Made by a program: the position numbers and the translations under genes
In this document: piece by piece, positions 1-13,016 of the stretch
Layout of the letters: every line of letters begins with the position of its first letter
How positions within the stretch are numbered: position 1 is the stretch's first letter
Assembly (NCBI RefSeq): GCF_001194135.2
Contig: NC_068998.1
Coordinates: forward strand, 28,897,299 to 28,961,298
Reading direction: 5' to 3'
From: Octopus bimaculoides
Lineage: Eukaryota
DNA length: 64,000 bases
Notes under the pieces: model-generated
What the model saw: only the letters and a program-made list of their open reading frames with translations
Databases searched by the model: none
What the model was told of the DNA's origin: nothing

Positions 1-58
1 AAATATGCATGCATGAAATTAAAAATATAAAGTGGTGACAATTTACTCATCGCACCCT

Positions 59-199
59 GTATATATATGTATGTGCATATATATGTATGTGTATGATTAT
101 GTATGTCTATGCATATGTATATGTATGCATATGTATATCTATATCTATATATATTTTTGTATTTGCTTATATATATATATGTATATGCATATGTGTGTC

Positions 200-277
<78 letters not shown>

Positions 278-286
278 TTAAAGTTT
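59..286. repeat. Compound (AT/GT) and (AT)n microsatellite
   Basis: Seen directly; it explains the YIYI/ICIC pseudo-ORFs at 32-439. Confidence 0.95.
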
Positions 287-849
287 ATTTGCCAACATAA
301 CGTGGCATTCCTGCACAGGACTATGTCATTACTTTTTAACCCCAGGAAAACAACTTTTCCCGCTGGTTTACAAATTAATCAGACTTGTCTTCTTCCATAT
401 AGCTCCATTCACAGTTCATACACAGTTCCTAACATTTAACCAGTTTTGGAACATATTCTAGAACATGTGCAGTTCTCATAGTGGATTTTTCTTTGATTTT
501 TTTTATTACCTTTCATTTGAAATTGGCAACCTTTTAGGACAGAATTGAAATTTAGGAACAGAAGTAAGTCTGCATAAAGGAATAGGGCAGATGAGGCACC
601 AAAGTCATTTTGTGTTTCACCAAAAGTTACAGATAAGGAGTATTGCATGGTAAAGTGCACTGTTGAGGTGCAGAATACAGGTTTTGTCTGTCTGTGCCTT
701 AGGCCACTTCTCTCATCTTGCCTCTCTCAAGCACGTAACGACATTCAAGCAAAATGATTGATGGTCTGGCTCCATGGAACAAGCTGAGGATGAATGATGC
801 CCTACTAATAAAAAGGAATAAAAATTTCTTCTTCTGAATGACTCATACA

Positions 850-1480
850 TTTCATCAACATTCAAACAATCAAATAGATCTTGACTGACTATGGCACATA
901 ATTCTCTTTTTGCTTATCTTTCTGTAAACACAGCACAAATCCTTCTTCAATTTCTCTTTTAAAATCGAGTGGCACAAATTTTTACAGATGTATAAATTTT
1001 TTGGAAACTTTGCAATTTGTCAACAATTTTTATACATCACAGCATGCAGATACATGATGTAATCATCATTTGTAGCCATGAAAGATTCTCCAGATTTGAG
1101 GTTCTCTTTGGTCAATATTGTTTCTGATTGAAACATTGGTACCCCACTTATCATTACTTATGACTCAAACAATCCTCTACATAGGCTGGCTGCAGTATTA
1201 GAAAAGTCTCCATAAAAGTGTTTCTGAATTTGAAACAAAATTTCACATAAACACATTGTTCTTCCAAATCCTTCATTCTTTTTAACTTGCAACGACTCAA
1301 CAAAACTCTGAGCATATATTCTCTCTTAAATGTGTTAGCTGATGACTAACAAACATGGCATGATGTTACAGTTATTTCACTGCAATTATGAACATGCTGG
1401 TAAGTGGTGTTACCGCATCTGCTAGTGAACATTGACATGTGAAAGTATGTATGGAACAAGCTCTATACTTTTGGTAGTAA
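850..1480 (-). mobile_element. Decayed mariner element, 5' part of transposase
   Basis: Minus strand ~1270-1030 translates, with stops, as LEEQCVYVKFCFKFRNTFMETFLILQPAYVEDCLSH...YQCF...KSGES. This matches the mariner N-terminal helix-turn-helix pattern EQRxCIKFCFKLGKTxxETxxMLQxAYGEDCLS. Boundaries are approximate. Confidence 0.75.
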
Positions 1481-1734
1481 TTATTTGTCCATGATTGCCA
1501 TGCATTTCATCTGTTTCAAAACAGCAATCTTTGTAAACATGTATGACAAGAGAAAGGTTATTACACAAAGATCATTTTGTATTCAATATCATAAACAGTT
1601 ACAAAAATAGAACACAATGTTCAATTGTTAATAATGTAATGTAGTTATATGCCATCTTTCACTCTCAGGTAAATTGGATGTCTTCTCTTAATACCATTCT
1701 GATGAAACTGTTTGCTGTTAAAGCTTATGAACTA

Positions 1735-1900
1735 GCAGTATTTAGTTAGGACACTTTATATTCTGAGTCGAAATCTTGCCACAGTCGCTTTTGCCTTTCA
1801 TACTTTCAGGGTTGAAAAATAAAGTACCAGTCAAGTAGTGGGGCCAGTGATACTGATTAAACCCACCCACTCAAAATTACTGGTGCTATCTTGTAATCAG
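1735..1900 (+). mobile_element. Degraded SINE of the family with a TTGCCTTTCATCCTTT...GATAAAATAAGTACCAG core
   Basis: Similar to in-window copies at 33728-33930 and 35128-35345. Confidence 0.7.
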
Positions 1901-2009
1901 GAATAATCATTTATAGAAAATAATTATATTTCATTTTTACCCTGAGACATATATTTTGAGTGGAATGGAGCTATTTGATAAAGTGTGGATATATATATAT
2001 TTATTTATT

Positions 2010-2186
2010 CTTTTATTCTTTTATTTGTTTCTGTCATTTGACTGTGGCCATGCTTGAGCACTGCTTTTAGTTCAGTAAATCAACCCCAGGACTTATTCTT
2101 TGTAAGCCTAGTACTTATTCTGTCAGTTCCTTTTGCTGAACCGCTAATTTACAGGGATGTAAGCACACCAACATCCGTTGTCAAGC
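2010..2186 (-). mobile_element. SINE 3' half, truncated by the assembly gap
   Basis: Similar to the copy at 2620-2810; simple-repeat tail at the left end. Resembles an abundant octopus SINE from memory. Confidence 0.7.
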
Positions 2187-2543
2187 NNNNNNNNNNNNNN
2201 NNNNNNNNNNNNNNNNNNNNNNNNNNNNNNNNNNNNNNNNNNNNNNNNNNNNNNNNNNNNNNNNNNNNNNNNNNNNNNNNNNNNNNNNNNNNNNNNNNNN
2301 NNNNNNNNNNNNNNNNNNNNNNNNNNNNNNNNNNNNNNNNNNNNNNNNNNNNNNNNNNNNNNNNNNNNNNNNNNNNNNNNNNNNNNNNNNNNNNNNNNNN
2401 NNNNNNNNNNNNNNNNNNNNNNNNNNNNNNNNNNNNNNNNNNNNNNNNNNNNNNNNNNNNNNNNNNNNNNNNNNNNNNNNNNNNNNNNNNNNNNNNNNNN
2501 NNNNNNNNNNNNNNNNNNNNNNNNNNNNNNNNNNNNNNNNNNN
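2187..2543. other. Assembly gap (N run); other gaps at 19334-19449, 26226-26423, 29648-29893, 38245-38254, 39527-39536 and 45094-45103
   Basis: N runs seen directly; most abut (AT)n or (CT)n tracts. Confidence 0.99.
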
Positions 2544-2619
2544 TATATTTCATCAAAGTAACCAGTCTTACAAGGCAAATACTAATATATATGTGGGGGG
2601 GGGGGTATATATATATGTG

Positions 2620-2810
2620 ATCTTTTATCTTCTATCCTTTGCCTATCTCAATCATTGAATTGCAGCCATGCTGGGGCATCACACTGAATGATTTAGTCAA
2701 ACAGATAAATCCTAGTATTTATTCTTTAATCTCATACTTATTCTATCTATCTCTTTTGTCAAACCACTAAGTTACAGGGACCAGTTGTCAAGTAGTGATT
2801 GGTACAAACA
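2620..2810 (-). mobile_element. Degraded SINE, same family as 2010-2186
   Basis: Shares GCCATGCT...TACTTATTCT...CTAAGTTACAGGG...GTTGTCAAG motifs with 2010-2186. Confidence 0.65.
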
Positions 2811-3017
2811 CACACTCAAAGGCACACACACATAGACACATGTGCAGACACACTCATACACACTCTTACACACACACAAGTTAATTTGGATAGGTCCCCA
2901 TGTATGGAGAACAACTTAAATACTTATATGTGTGTGTGTGTGTATTTATATATATGTATGTTTATAGAGAGCATTTGCCATATTTCATTCCACATTGACT
3001 ATCTCTGATGAGCATAG

Positions 3018-3375
3018 GGTTACATAATCGTATTAGCGAATGGAGAATCATAATTTTGCAGCAGGTAGCACTTGAAATGGATGCATTGTCTGAATATTTC
3101 TTGATGTTTATTCAGCAAGCCAGGCCTAGTATATACATTAAGTATTCTGGCTCGCTCAGCGATGCAGATCTTGCAGTGCCCACTCCTATTAGTATAGGGG
3201 CCCAGTTGTTCTATGATCTTCCATCTGATATCATATGGGGTCTTTTGATCCCTGAGGTGTTACACATGGTTGGCCATGGACATGATGAAAACATCTTTCT
3301 GTGACCCTGAAAGATGACCGGTGGTAGTAGAAGTGTTACTTGAAGGCTGTGCTAGCAGATCCAATGTATTTACAG
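3018..3375 (-). mobile_element. Penelope-like element fragment, GIY-YIG endonuclease C-terminus (pseudogenised)
   Basis: Minus strand reads KYIGSASTAFK*HFYYHRSSFR, then a frameshift, then MANHV*HLRDQKTPYDIRWKII...HCKICIAERARIL...LLNKHQEIFRQCIH. This matches the Penelope endonuclease pattern YIG...FKxRxxxHxxSF...W.I...CxxCxxE...LLN...CxH. Confidence 0.8.
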
Positions 3376-3976
3376 GTTTGGTAAAAGGGAAAAAGCTCAA
3401 CCACAACTGAGAAGGGAACTTCATGGAAAAAATGGTTCTCCTCTCTATCTGGTGGGATTGCAAAGGAGTAATTCACTTTGAATTGTTATCACCTAATGCA
3501 ACAATCAATGCTCAAGTCTACTGTCAGCAATTAGAATGTTTGAACCAAGCTTTGAAGAAAAAGAATCCACTTTAGTGAATCAAAAAGGAGTTATGTTTCA
3601 TCAGGACAATGCGCAACCCCACACTGCAAAGATCACATCACAGAAGATCGAAGAGCTTGGTTGGGAAAAAATTCCTCATCCACCTTATTCTCCCGACCTT
3701 GCTCCTTCAGATAACCATTTCTTTCGCAGTTTACAGAATCATTTCAGGAACATAACTTTCGCAAGCCAGGAGGAGGTCGAAACTGACATTTCAGAGGTCT
3801 TCGCTTTGAAACCAAAAGAGTTTTACATTGATGGTATTAAAAAGCTTGTGAATGGATGGAAGGAAGTCATAGATAATCAGGAAAAGTACATTGATGATTA
3901 AATTTCAATTAAATATAACATTTGATCACTTGTTTTCTTTATTCAAAATTCGGATAGAACTTATGGGATGACCTGA
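3376..3976 (+). mobile_element. Mariner (DD34D) transposase 3' half with right TIR
   Basis: Translation gives VLLSIWWDCKGVIHFELL...FHQDNAQPH...HPPYSPDLAPSDNHFF, with 34 residues between the last two catalytic aspartates (counted). Frameshift near 3545, stop at 3899-3901, TIR-like end TTATGGGATGACCTGA followed by TA. Confidence 0.95.
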
Positions 3977-4479
3977 TATATAAGACTTTAATTCTATTTC
4001 ATAGAAAACATGCATTTGTGTTGACGACTATAATACACTTCTGTGTATTGTCCTTTGAACCTAAACCTACTCACATAACCTGGCTTTCTTACTTCTAATG
4101 GATCACCACATCTAGTTTTAATTCTAAATTTCTCATTTTTTATTTCTGTATTATCAGCCACATTAGTCACTTTATTTTCATTAAAAAATTTTTTTTTATT
4201 GCTTAACTATTTTTATTCTCTTCTGAGCCTCTTTCAGCCTTAATCAACCCATCCTTATCTCTATTACTTAAAATGTATCTTTTATTTGTAATTCATATTT
4301 CTTTGTGATATCAGATTCTCTTCAAAAAAGAGTAGAAAACATTGAATAATGTGGTTCCAGAGACTCTTAAACAAAGAAGATGGGCAATGTTGAACTATCT
4401 CTTTCATACATACGTTCAATCAGAGTTAACCTGGAGCTAAACAACAACAAAATATCAGAATTGTCCAACTAATGTGGAA

Positions 4480-4655
4480 GCCTTTGACTGGTTAGAAATA
4501 GCAGCTAAATTTTCCTCAAATCACCTACTACCATCTTAATATGAAAGGATAGGTTGGACGTTGTAGTTGAAATGATGGCATAGTCCCATGTGAAATGCCT
4601 TTGATCGTGTCTCTTCCATCAGAGTCAAGTTGGTGTTGACAACAATAACAACAAA
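4480..4655 (+). mobile_element. Short interspersed repeat with (AAC)n tail; related copies at ~4350-4450 (+), ~7145-7295 (-), ~46910-47090 (+) and ~60140-60185 (-)
   Basis: Recurrent motif TAGAAATAGCAGC(T/C)AAAT(T/C)T.CCTCAAAT and tail ...CCTGG(A/G)GCTAAACAACAAC in several copies in the window. Confidence 0.6.
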
Positions 4656-7600
4656 ATCAGAATGGTCATGATTTACTAAGAAGAAAAGTAAAATTACAGC
4701 TCTGAATGATTTTGTGGTACACTCTACTAATTACATTACAAAACAGATCAAAAATTTTCATATTATAATACAAAAGGCATTACTGAATTGTGCTTTTATG
4801 TTTCATGTTATACCTGTACACTTATTATCATGACTTAGCTATATTAAAAATATAAAACATATGTCTCTGTTTATAACTTAGAAATAACAACATATGTTGG
4901 TAAATCATTGTATAATATTACAAATGTAGTTCTTCATATCATTTTGTACTGCTGTGTCAATGTTTAGCTGGTAATTCATTGATTCTCTGGGAAAAAAAAG
5001 GCTAAGGTAATATTTTTAAAAAAATCAATGATCAGCCTTGTGCATGTTTATATCATGTTGATCATGATTGAACAAATCCTAGAATTCAGAAGTAAATGAC
5101 AGTGAAAAGATTTATTTGCTTTCACTAAACATGGAAACTTCATATTGTATTTTTAGCTTTGTTTTTATTTATGCTAATGAAACTGAAACAGTAATAATAA
5201 TGTTTGGCACCTAAGGATTTTTTGTAAAAACTAATCTAATTTATGAAATGAAGTCTGTTAAGTACATTTTGTGTGGTTGCATCAGTGTTGACATTTCTTT
5301 AACTAGGCAAGAGTTTATCATTTTAATGAAGTCTTAAAAGTCTTATATTTTTCTGGTGGAACAGACACACAGGTTAGAAACACAAGTTCTAGAATATTTT
5401 GTGTGCTAATGAGTATCTGACTAACTGGGCTTATAGTATATGAATTAATGAATTCCATCTGACTTTCATGCCTCTGAAGATTCAAGATAGATATTTAGAT
5501 ATTTGTATAATAGTCAAGAATAATGACTAGAGTTCAAGGAGACTAATGATTGTTTGTGCTGTGATGAATACCTGAAAAATATATAAAGCTAAGTAGAGAA
5601 TATTGGTTGGTCATAATAAGAAAGCAAGTTTAATAATCCTGAGAGTCATTTGATGAAAGACTATCAAGATATTAAATGGTATTTTGTGCTCAAGGCATGA
5701 TTCTTTATGCATGCACCATTATACTCAATTTTAAATTAATTACCTTGCTTAATTTCTCAGTTACTGTATATATAAATGTAAATGTAAAATTTAGACATGC
5801 AAGCCTCTTAATAGTTATCTATAAACATTTTCTTTTGGATAATTAACACATAGTATTATATAGGTGTTGTATTTCTTGTTCTAGATAACAATATTGTAAT
5901 CTTGAAATGTAAGAATACACAAATGGTATATTTTAACATTGATCTTCTACCAGTTTCTGAGGGCTGTAGTCACGAAATAGATCAACATCATCAGTTTCAT
6001 CGTTAATTATATATACCAACATATATCCATATGTGTGTCTAAATTGATTTCGAAATATCACCTAACCCTTCAATTATCTACCTTCACTTTTTTCTCTTTT
6101 TATAATCAGTTTATAGCACCCTTTCACTTCCCACATGTGGTTTTTTTGGTAGTTTTTCTCACAGATACCTTTCTTCCAATTTTTATTTCACCTCCTGTAT
6201 TTTTAATTGTTGTTTTTCTCTTTAGATGTCTGGACACATACTTGTCCTGTCTGCAGACATCCTTTCCTCTCTCACTTTTCTTTCTCTGTCTTTTCTTCTG
6301 CTTTTCTGTCCCATTTTTCTTTTCTTTTTCTCTTCATGAAAAGATTAGGGTTGCTTTACTAATCTTATACTTAAAGCAATCCAAAATACCAACAGAATTC
6401 TATATTTTAATAATCAGTCTTATAATTCACTTACAATCAATATATCATTTATAATTTGTTCTTTTGTTGCTACAGTCCATCTGCTTTCCTTGCCTACATT
6501 TCCCTTTCATACTTCTTAAATATTCATCATATAATCTCTTCACACACACAAAATGCCCACACATATTCCAGTCATAGCACTGATTAAGGTACTGCTGAGC
6601 ATTACTATGACTACCATTTCCATTGTCTGGTCCTTTAACTTAAATTCTTTGTGACTGTTCAGCCATACCCTTAAAACAGTTAATAATGGGGCGACTATTG
6701 ATAGTTATCAGAAACAACACACTACGGCTTAATGTGATTTCTTACATGAGAGTCTGACGTTGCTTCTTTATCAGAATGTCTAAACACTCCCCTTAAATTG
6801 CTTTTCTTTACTGACTCCTATTTGATCAATTCCATGAGAAAATTTCTCTGTTGGCCTGGTAACATGTATTTGATACATTATTGACAGTTGGCACACTTAA
6901 CCCGAATTTTATATTTGTTGAATAATCTCTTTTATTAATATTTTCTAAGCAATTGTTCTTTCCAACTTCTTTCTTTAATTAAATACGGTTACATTGTTAT
7001 ATAGATATACTTTCCTCTTATGACATGTTGTTCTGCATAACACCACCACTCTGCCTTACAACTCATTGTCATTTTCCTTTACGACTGAGCTTGAATACAC
7101 AACTGGAAAGAAGAAAAGGCACTGATACATGATAAAGTGATAAATTGTTTAGACCCAAGTCAACTTGATAAACAAACCTATCATCAAATGCATTCCAGCC
7201 ATGACCGTTCTGTCTTTTTATGAATATATAGGATGGCATTTTTTTTCCTGTGATAATGTAGTGAGATTGAAGAGAGATTTTGCTGCTATTAACCATGTAG
7301 TGGTATAGATGCATTATGAAAAATCTACTTCTCATGTTCACTGGTGTAAATCAGGAATTGTAACTGTGACAATGTAATAAATACAAAATATAAAAAAACA
7401 TAAATATAATACCGAAATGAACAATTGTTTATCGGGAAATGTGTTTCCCTAATGATTAAATTAACAGCATTATTGTTAACAAAGATTAGACCAGTTATAT
7501 GTGATATACCACTTAAGGAAAATATAGAGCTGATATATAGGATTTACAAAGAAATTATTCAACAAACTAAAACTGTTGTAGGTAGGGACAGTATTAAGAT

Positions 7601-9809
7601 GGATGAGGGCAATAAGTTGCAAGTAAAGGTAGAGTAACTTTATGCTGTTGAAGTCCTGAGTTCAAATCTTAGGTTCAATAGAATAGACACCATTAATATT
7701 CTGAAAATGATACTATCAACTATATCAGCTTTCCCATAAAAACTGAACAATAATGATAATAATAATGAAGGATAGCAATGACAATGATGATAATGGCAGT
7801 GGTAGCAGCAGTGGCGACTTTGAAAGTTTACAGATAGAAGTTGGTGTAGAGTCATGTGAGTTGGTCTACAGTTAGTTTACAGATATGGAAGTTAATCTTA
7901 CATCAAATTAATACCAAGAAACCAGCCTGATACCATATCAAATGCAACAACGTTATCTCAGAAAAAGTTGATGTCATTCAGTACCTCCTATAATGCTAAA
8001 ATGAATTCAGAACATTCCCTCAAGTGTTGTATCACCTCTGTCCCTTTAAGTTTTCTTCTTGATTCTTGAGCATCTGTTTCCATATCTACCATTTAAATTC
8101 TCTCATTATATTTGATGGAAATATATATTTTACTATTTTACTACTATAGTTTTCAACCTTTATTTTTCCCCATGTTTTTAGCTCAGGTATATTGCAAAGA
8201 GGCCAGAAGAGAAATGATTGTTGTTATTTACTATAGCTTTCTATAATGATAGACAACTTACATTTCTCTCTTTCAAGAATCTTTATAAATTGCACATTAG
8301 TCCCACATACAGATGAAGAGTCACACTTAAAAGACATCCAAACAGAGAACCATTTATTTTACATGATTAATAATGCTAGTGTTCTGTAGTATTTTATATT
8401 TTATTTAATTTTTTTAGTGTTTTGACCATCAAAGTTAAGGCCATAAGTCGATTATTCTACAGAGTGATTTGTTTGTATATAAGAAAATGGTAATATAAGC
8501 TATCAGTTGCACGAGGTAAAAGTGGTGGTGCTAAGGTTTGAAGCCAACAAGATTCACTTTGCCTCATAAAATATCTTTTGATATTTCTTTTATTTTTACT
8601 TACAAAGGAAAGTGAATTTTTCTTGAACTTTTGTTTTTTTTAGTTTAATATTTAGTAATATAAGACAAGCATTAGTTTGTACAAGTATGTAATTACTCTT
8701 GCGTTCTTTTTTTTTTTTTCTAATTGAATCACTTCTGTATACCTTTCCCAAATCACATAATATAAAAGAGAGTAAATCAGATGTTCTAAATAATTTCTTG
8801 TATTTGGTGTAAAGAAAGTTTTGTGACTACTGACAGTAGGAAATTATTTTATAAAGGTTGTCTCTTCTTGTACTGATATAGTAGTTTGAGGTGGAAAATA
8901 AGACAAGAAGGAAAATGAAAAGAAAATCCAGTGTTATTGGAGGAGAAGATAAATCAAGCAGTAATAGCACCACTAAGAGCAGTAGTAGTAATAGCAGAGC
9001 AGTAGTAGTAATAGCAGAGCAACAGCAGCAATAACAGCAGCAGCAACGGCAGGAACATTGCCTAGACTCCGAGACTAAATAAAATGTAGCAGCAGTAGTT
9101 GTAACACTGTTTGCAGCTGTGGCCTACTAACTTTCATGTTAGTATTGATGTATTATTTCATAAGAGAACAGCATTTGCGACTAGCAGAGCAAAAAGGAAA
9201 GAAGCCAAGATAGGTCTGATTTTAAGTAGAAATATTTACTGTGTTTTCAAGGAATATAGCATTACAGTGTGTGTGTATATGGATCCTAAATCTGAATTCA
9301 TTACTGTTTGACAGCACTTTCAATCTTATTTATCAACAGGATTCCTCATAATCATTTCTTTTATGCATATATATGTATATATATATATAAATATTTATAT
9401 ATATAAGTCAGTATTCAAAAAGCATTTGCTTTCCAATAGCTATGTTGAATACTTGTATCTTCTTTAGCTGTTGCACATGTTAATGCACAAATATATATAT
9501 GCACACAGACACACATACACATACACACACATAATTACAATATATGTTTGTATGTAGTATTTTTCATAAGATTATTAAATATTTAAACTTTCACTTTTAG
9601 CATTTTATATGAAGTTTACAAAATATTTGTAGAATAAACATTATTTATTGAATGCAGTAAATAAATTGTTGATACAATTTGCTTAAAAGAAAAGAAAATG
9701 TAGAAAAATTGAGTTTGAGAAATATTTTATATAACCTGTTTATATGCAACTTTAATCGGGCATGATATTTGGGGAACTATTATAAAACTCATACCATAGA
9801 TATTCCTAA

Positions 9810-9904
9810 ATGGAGAATCCTAATTACTCTAAAGTTGTCCTACCTCGGGTCCTTAGTACCAGTGCACTGAGAGTACCAAAACAGCGGTATTCATTCTGGC
9901 AAAG
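9810..9904 (+). CDS. Candidate first coding exon of an unidentified gene: MENPNYSKVVLPRVLSTSALRVPKQRYSFWQ(R)
   Basis: ATG at 9810 is preceded by an in-frame TAA, followed by 31 open codons and a strong donor AAG|GTAAGA (phase 2). Locally more GC-rich than its flanks and not repeat-like. Family not recognised. Confidence 0.55.
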
Positions 9905-11587
9905 GTAAGATTTTTTCATCATTCATCATTTCAATTTACTAAATCTTTAATAAAAAATATCATACTAGGAAGAAAAACAGATCAATATATCGATTGTTAA
10001 GTTTGTGCTTAAAAAAAGCACTTAATTTTTTCACATAGAAAACTTAATGAATTATAACTTAAACTATACCATTCTTTTAACATCAATTAATTTGAAGATA
10101 TTTGGTAATATGAAAATTGATTGTGGCAGAGGAAGTAGTTGTGGATACAGGTACCAAATATTTTTAGATTTCAGCTTCTTTTTGTTATTTTACAAGTATA
10201 GACATTGCTGAATTGTTATTAGATATAAATTTTAATTATCATTTCTTCTGTTCTGCCAGTATATTCTAATTTATGAATTTGTTGACAAAATATATAAATG
10301 CTGTTAATTAATTTCATTCATCAATAAAAGTCTTTTAGCATATGAACTGGTACGATTTTATATATCAGTCAGTCCTATTAACTGAAATTCCACAGAGATC
10401 TCTGCATTAAAAAAAGTATACATTGAACCATAACATCTTGTAAACATGTATGTACCACATAGTTTTCACTTCATAAGTTTTATTTATGATGAATGGCAAG
10501 CAACTTAGCTGCAATCCTAATTTTATTCCATTTTATAGCTATTTTTTTTTTTACTCCTTTAATAGCCTAAAGCTCACCACTGATGAATACTTCATGTTAT
10601 TAAAAGTGAAGCAATTAATTTTAGGATTATAATATGAAATAAATAAGTATATACTTACATTTATCATAAATATTTCTAATTATTTGAAAGTTTCAAACAT
10701 TTTTTTTTTATCATTGAAAATCTTTCATCAAATTGAGAGTCTTTCTGCTGTTTCAATTTCACCATCAAATCTTATACATTCTTATTCACAAAACTCTATA
10801 CCAACTGATCCAAAAGACTCGCATCCCAACTAATAATTTGTTAATAACAGATGAATTGTTTGTTTATCCAACAAATTTTGAAGTGAGATAGAATTTACCA
10901 AACATCCAGCCTTAATACATTATTTGTCAATTGTACACCTGTTGCATACCTGTAACTGTAGCAACTAGTGAGCTGTACCACTTTCTGTCCCACTCTCACA
11001 CAGTACACAGTGCTGGTGAGAAAGTGTAAGTCACAAATTGTTTTGTTTATTATTCAAAATTATTCGCACCCCTTACTTATATGAAATTCTCAAACACTAT
11101 AGTAGTAGTGAGAATTCCTTGTAGTTAAGGAATATATTCCCCTGATGGGAGGTGCATATGATCAATGAGGAACTAGCTGTTGCACACACACACACCAAAG
11201 ATGACTGAACAAGTCTAAACATTCACAAATAACCTGATACCTATTTTAAACAATTAATTGATATTCGTGTGTCTCTAGTCGATAGTGCGTTGGGTACATT
11301 CTTAAATGATATGACTGTAGCAAGTTATACCCTTGTGCCTAGAAACGATAGAGTAGTTCTTCAATGCAACACCTTAATGTACACTGCAACATTTGAATAT
11401 AAAGTGAACAACACAAACCAATGAAGAAGCTGCTAGAAATAGCACCCAGGTCTCTTCAAAATGTCATCTTGCAATTTTATAAAGGCAAGAGCTAAAATCA
11501 TCTTTGATCATTGGACTGCTTGACCTGACATCACATGGTGCTTAATAATTACAACCACAACAAATGAACTGCATACTGTTGCTGCTG

Positions 11588-11618
<31 letters not shown>

Positions 11619-12883
11619 CTTATTTAAATAAATTTCTAAAAGCATAAAGAACATCACAATGAAATAGATTCTTTTCATTGTTCCGTTCTGAATATAAACA
11701 TGCTGGAAAAAAGTATTATTGTCAGTTTTCTGTTTTTTGTTCTTAGTCATTGCTAATCACATAGACCTATGATTAAAAGTATTCCACCATGATCATCACA
11801 TCTTAATTTCTAGAATGGTGTCCTTTATGAAGGTGTGATTTGAGAAAGATTTGGGTGAGGCTTCCATGTTGGCTTGCTTACTTTCTTGTTGACAGTGTTA
11901 ATATTACCGGTAATAAACAATCATCAGTTAGTAATGAAATAAAGGTCTGTTGTTGTTCTTGTTCTTTAGCCTCAAGTTAGTCCTGATTTAGGGGTATCAA
12001 ACACATTTTCAAGACCATAAGTTGTTATTCAAGAGCAATTTTGATACTGTTTCTCACAGGTTGAATAACTGTGTGAATCTTTTTTGTTGGTCTGTAAAAT
12101 TACTGATAATCACTTATTGATATGAAGTTAATAACAATTAATCATATTTCTACAGTGATACATATTTTTTTGAGAAATATATTCAATGAAGTTGACACCA
12201 GCATATGACTGGTACATATTTTATTAACCCTAGTAGCAAAAAAGTCAAGTTAAACCTGCAGAAGAACTGAAAATATAATGTCAAAGAATTAAAATAAATT
12301 CTACAAGGCATTTACTTTGGCACTCTGCAGTTTCTACTACACCATTGCACAATTAATGGGAAATCAATAATCACAATAACTTTCAATATCACTTGGATAG
12401 TAGTAATTTTTGATATTTCTTGCCCAACTCCTTTATAGCTCCAGTTAATAATTTTAAAGCCTTGAGTATTTCAGTTAAGTAAAGAGTTTGAGTGAAGTCC
12501 ATCTCATAATATTGCTCTAAGCTTCCCTTCTCATTTTCTGTCTGCTGTGGCCGAATAGGTGACATTCTGTAGATTGCATATTTACATATTACTAGAAACA
12601 GTGTATTGCAGCTCTGAGATATGTTTTACTGTTCCTAGCTACTACAATAACATAACCTTCATAAGCCTCATACTGTGTAGAAGCTACGAAGTCTGTGTAC
12701 ATGTATATTGATTACTTTACAGGTCAACATTCTGTAAGAATGTTGACCTGTCCCATTTGCTCTCTATGGGTCCATTTTAATTCCTTAGAGAGGGTTGTAC
12801 TAAAAGAAATATTAGAAGCCTAAAAATCATCATAATCAACCTCATTGTCATCCTTAACTTTCCACCAACACCTGTACTATCCT

Positions 12884-12978
12884 CCTCCTCCTCCGCCTCC
12901 TCTCCTCCTCTCCTCCTCCTCCTCCTCCTCATCATCATCATCACCACCACCACCACCATCACCACCACCACCACCACT

Positions 12979-13009
<31 letters not shown>

Positions 13010-13016
13010 TTATCAT
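12884..13016. repeat. Compound trinucleotide repeat (CCT)n(CAT)n(CAC)n(CAT)n; second (CAT)n tract at ~13412-13476
   Basis: Seen directly; source of the poly-P/S/H/M pseudo-ORFs. Confidence 0.95.

Noticed and set aside
32-439. ORFs of the YIYI, SLSL, THTH, ERER, poly-D/M/H type throughout the track
   Set aside because: They are translations of microsatellites or run through N gaps.
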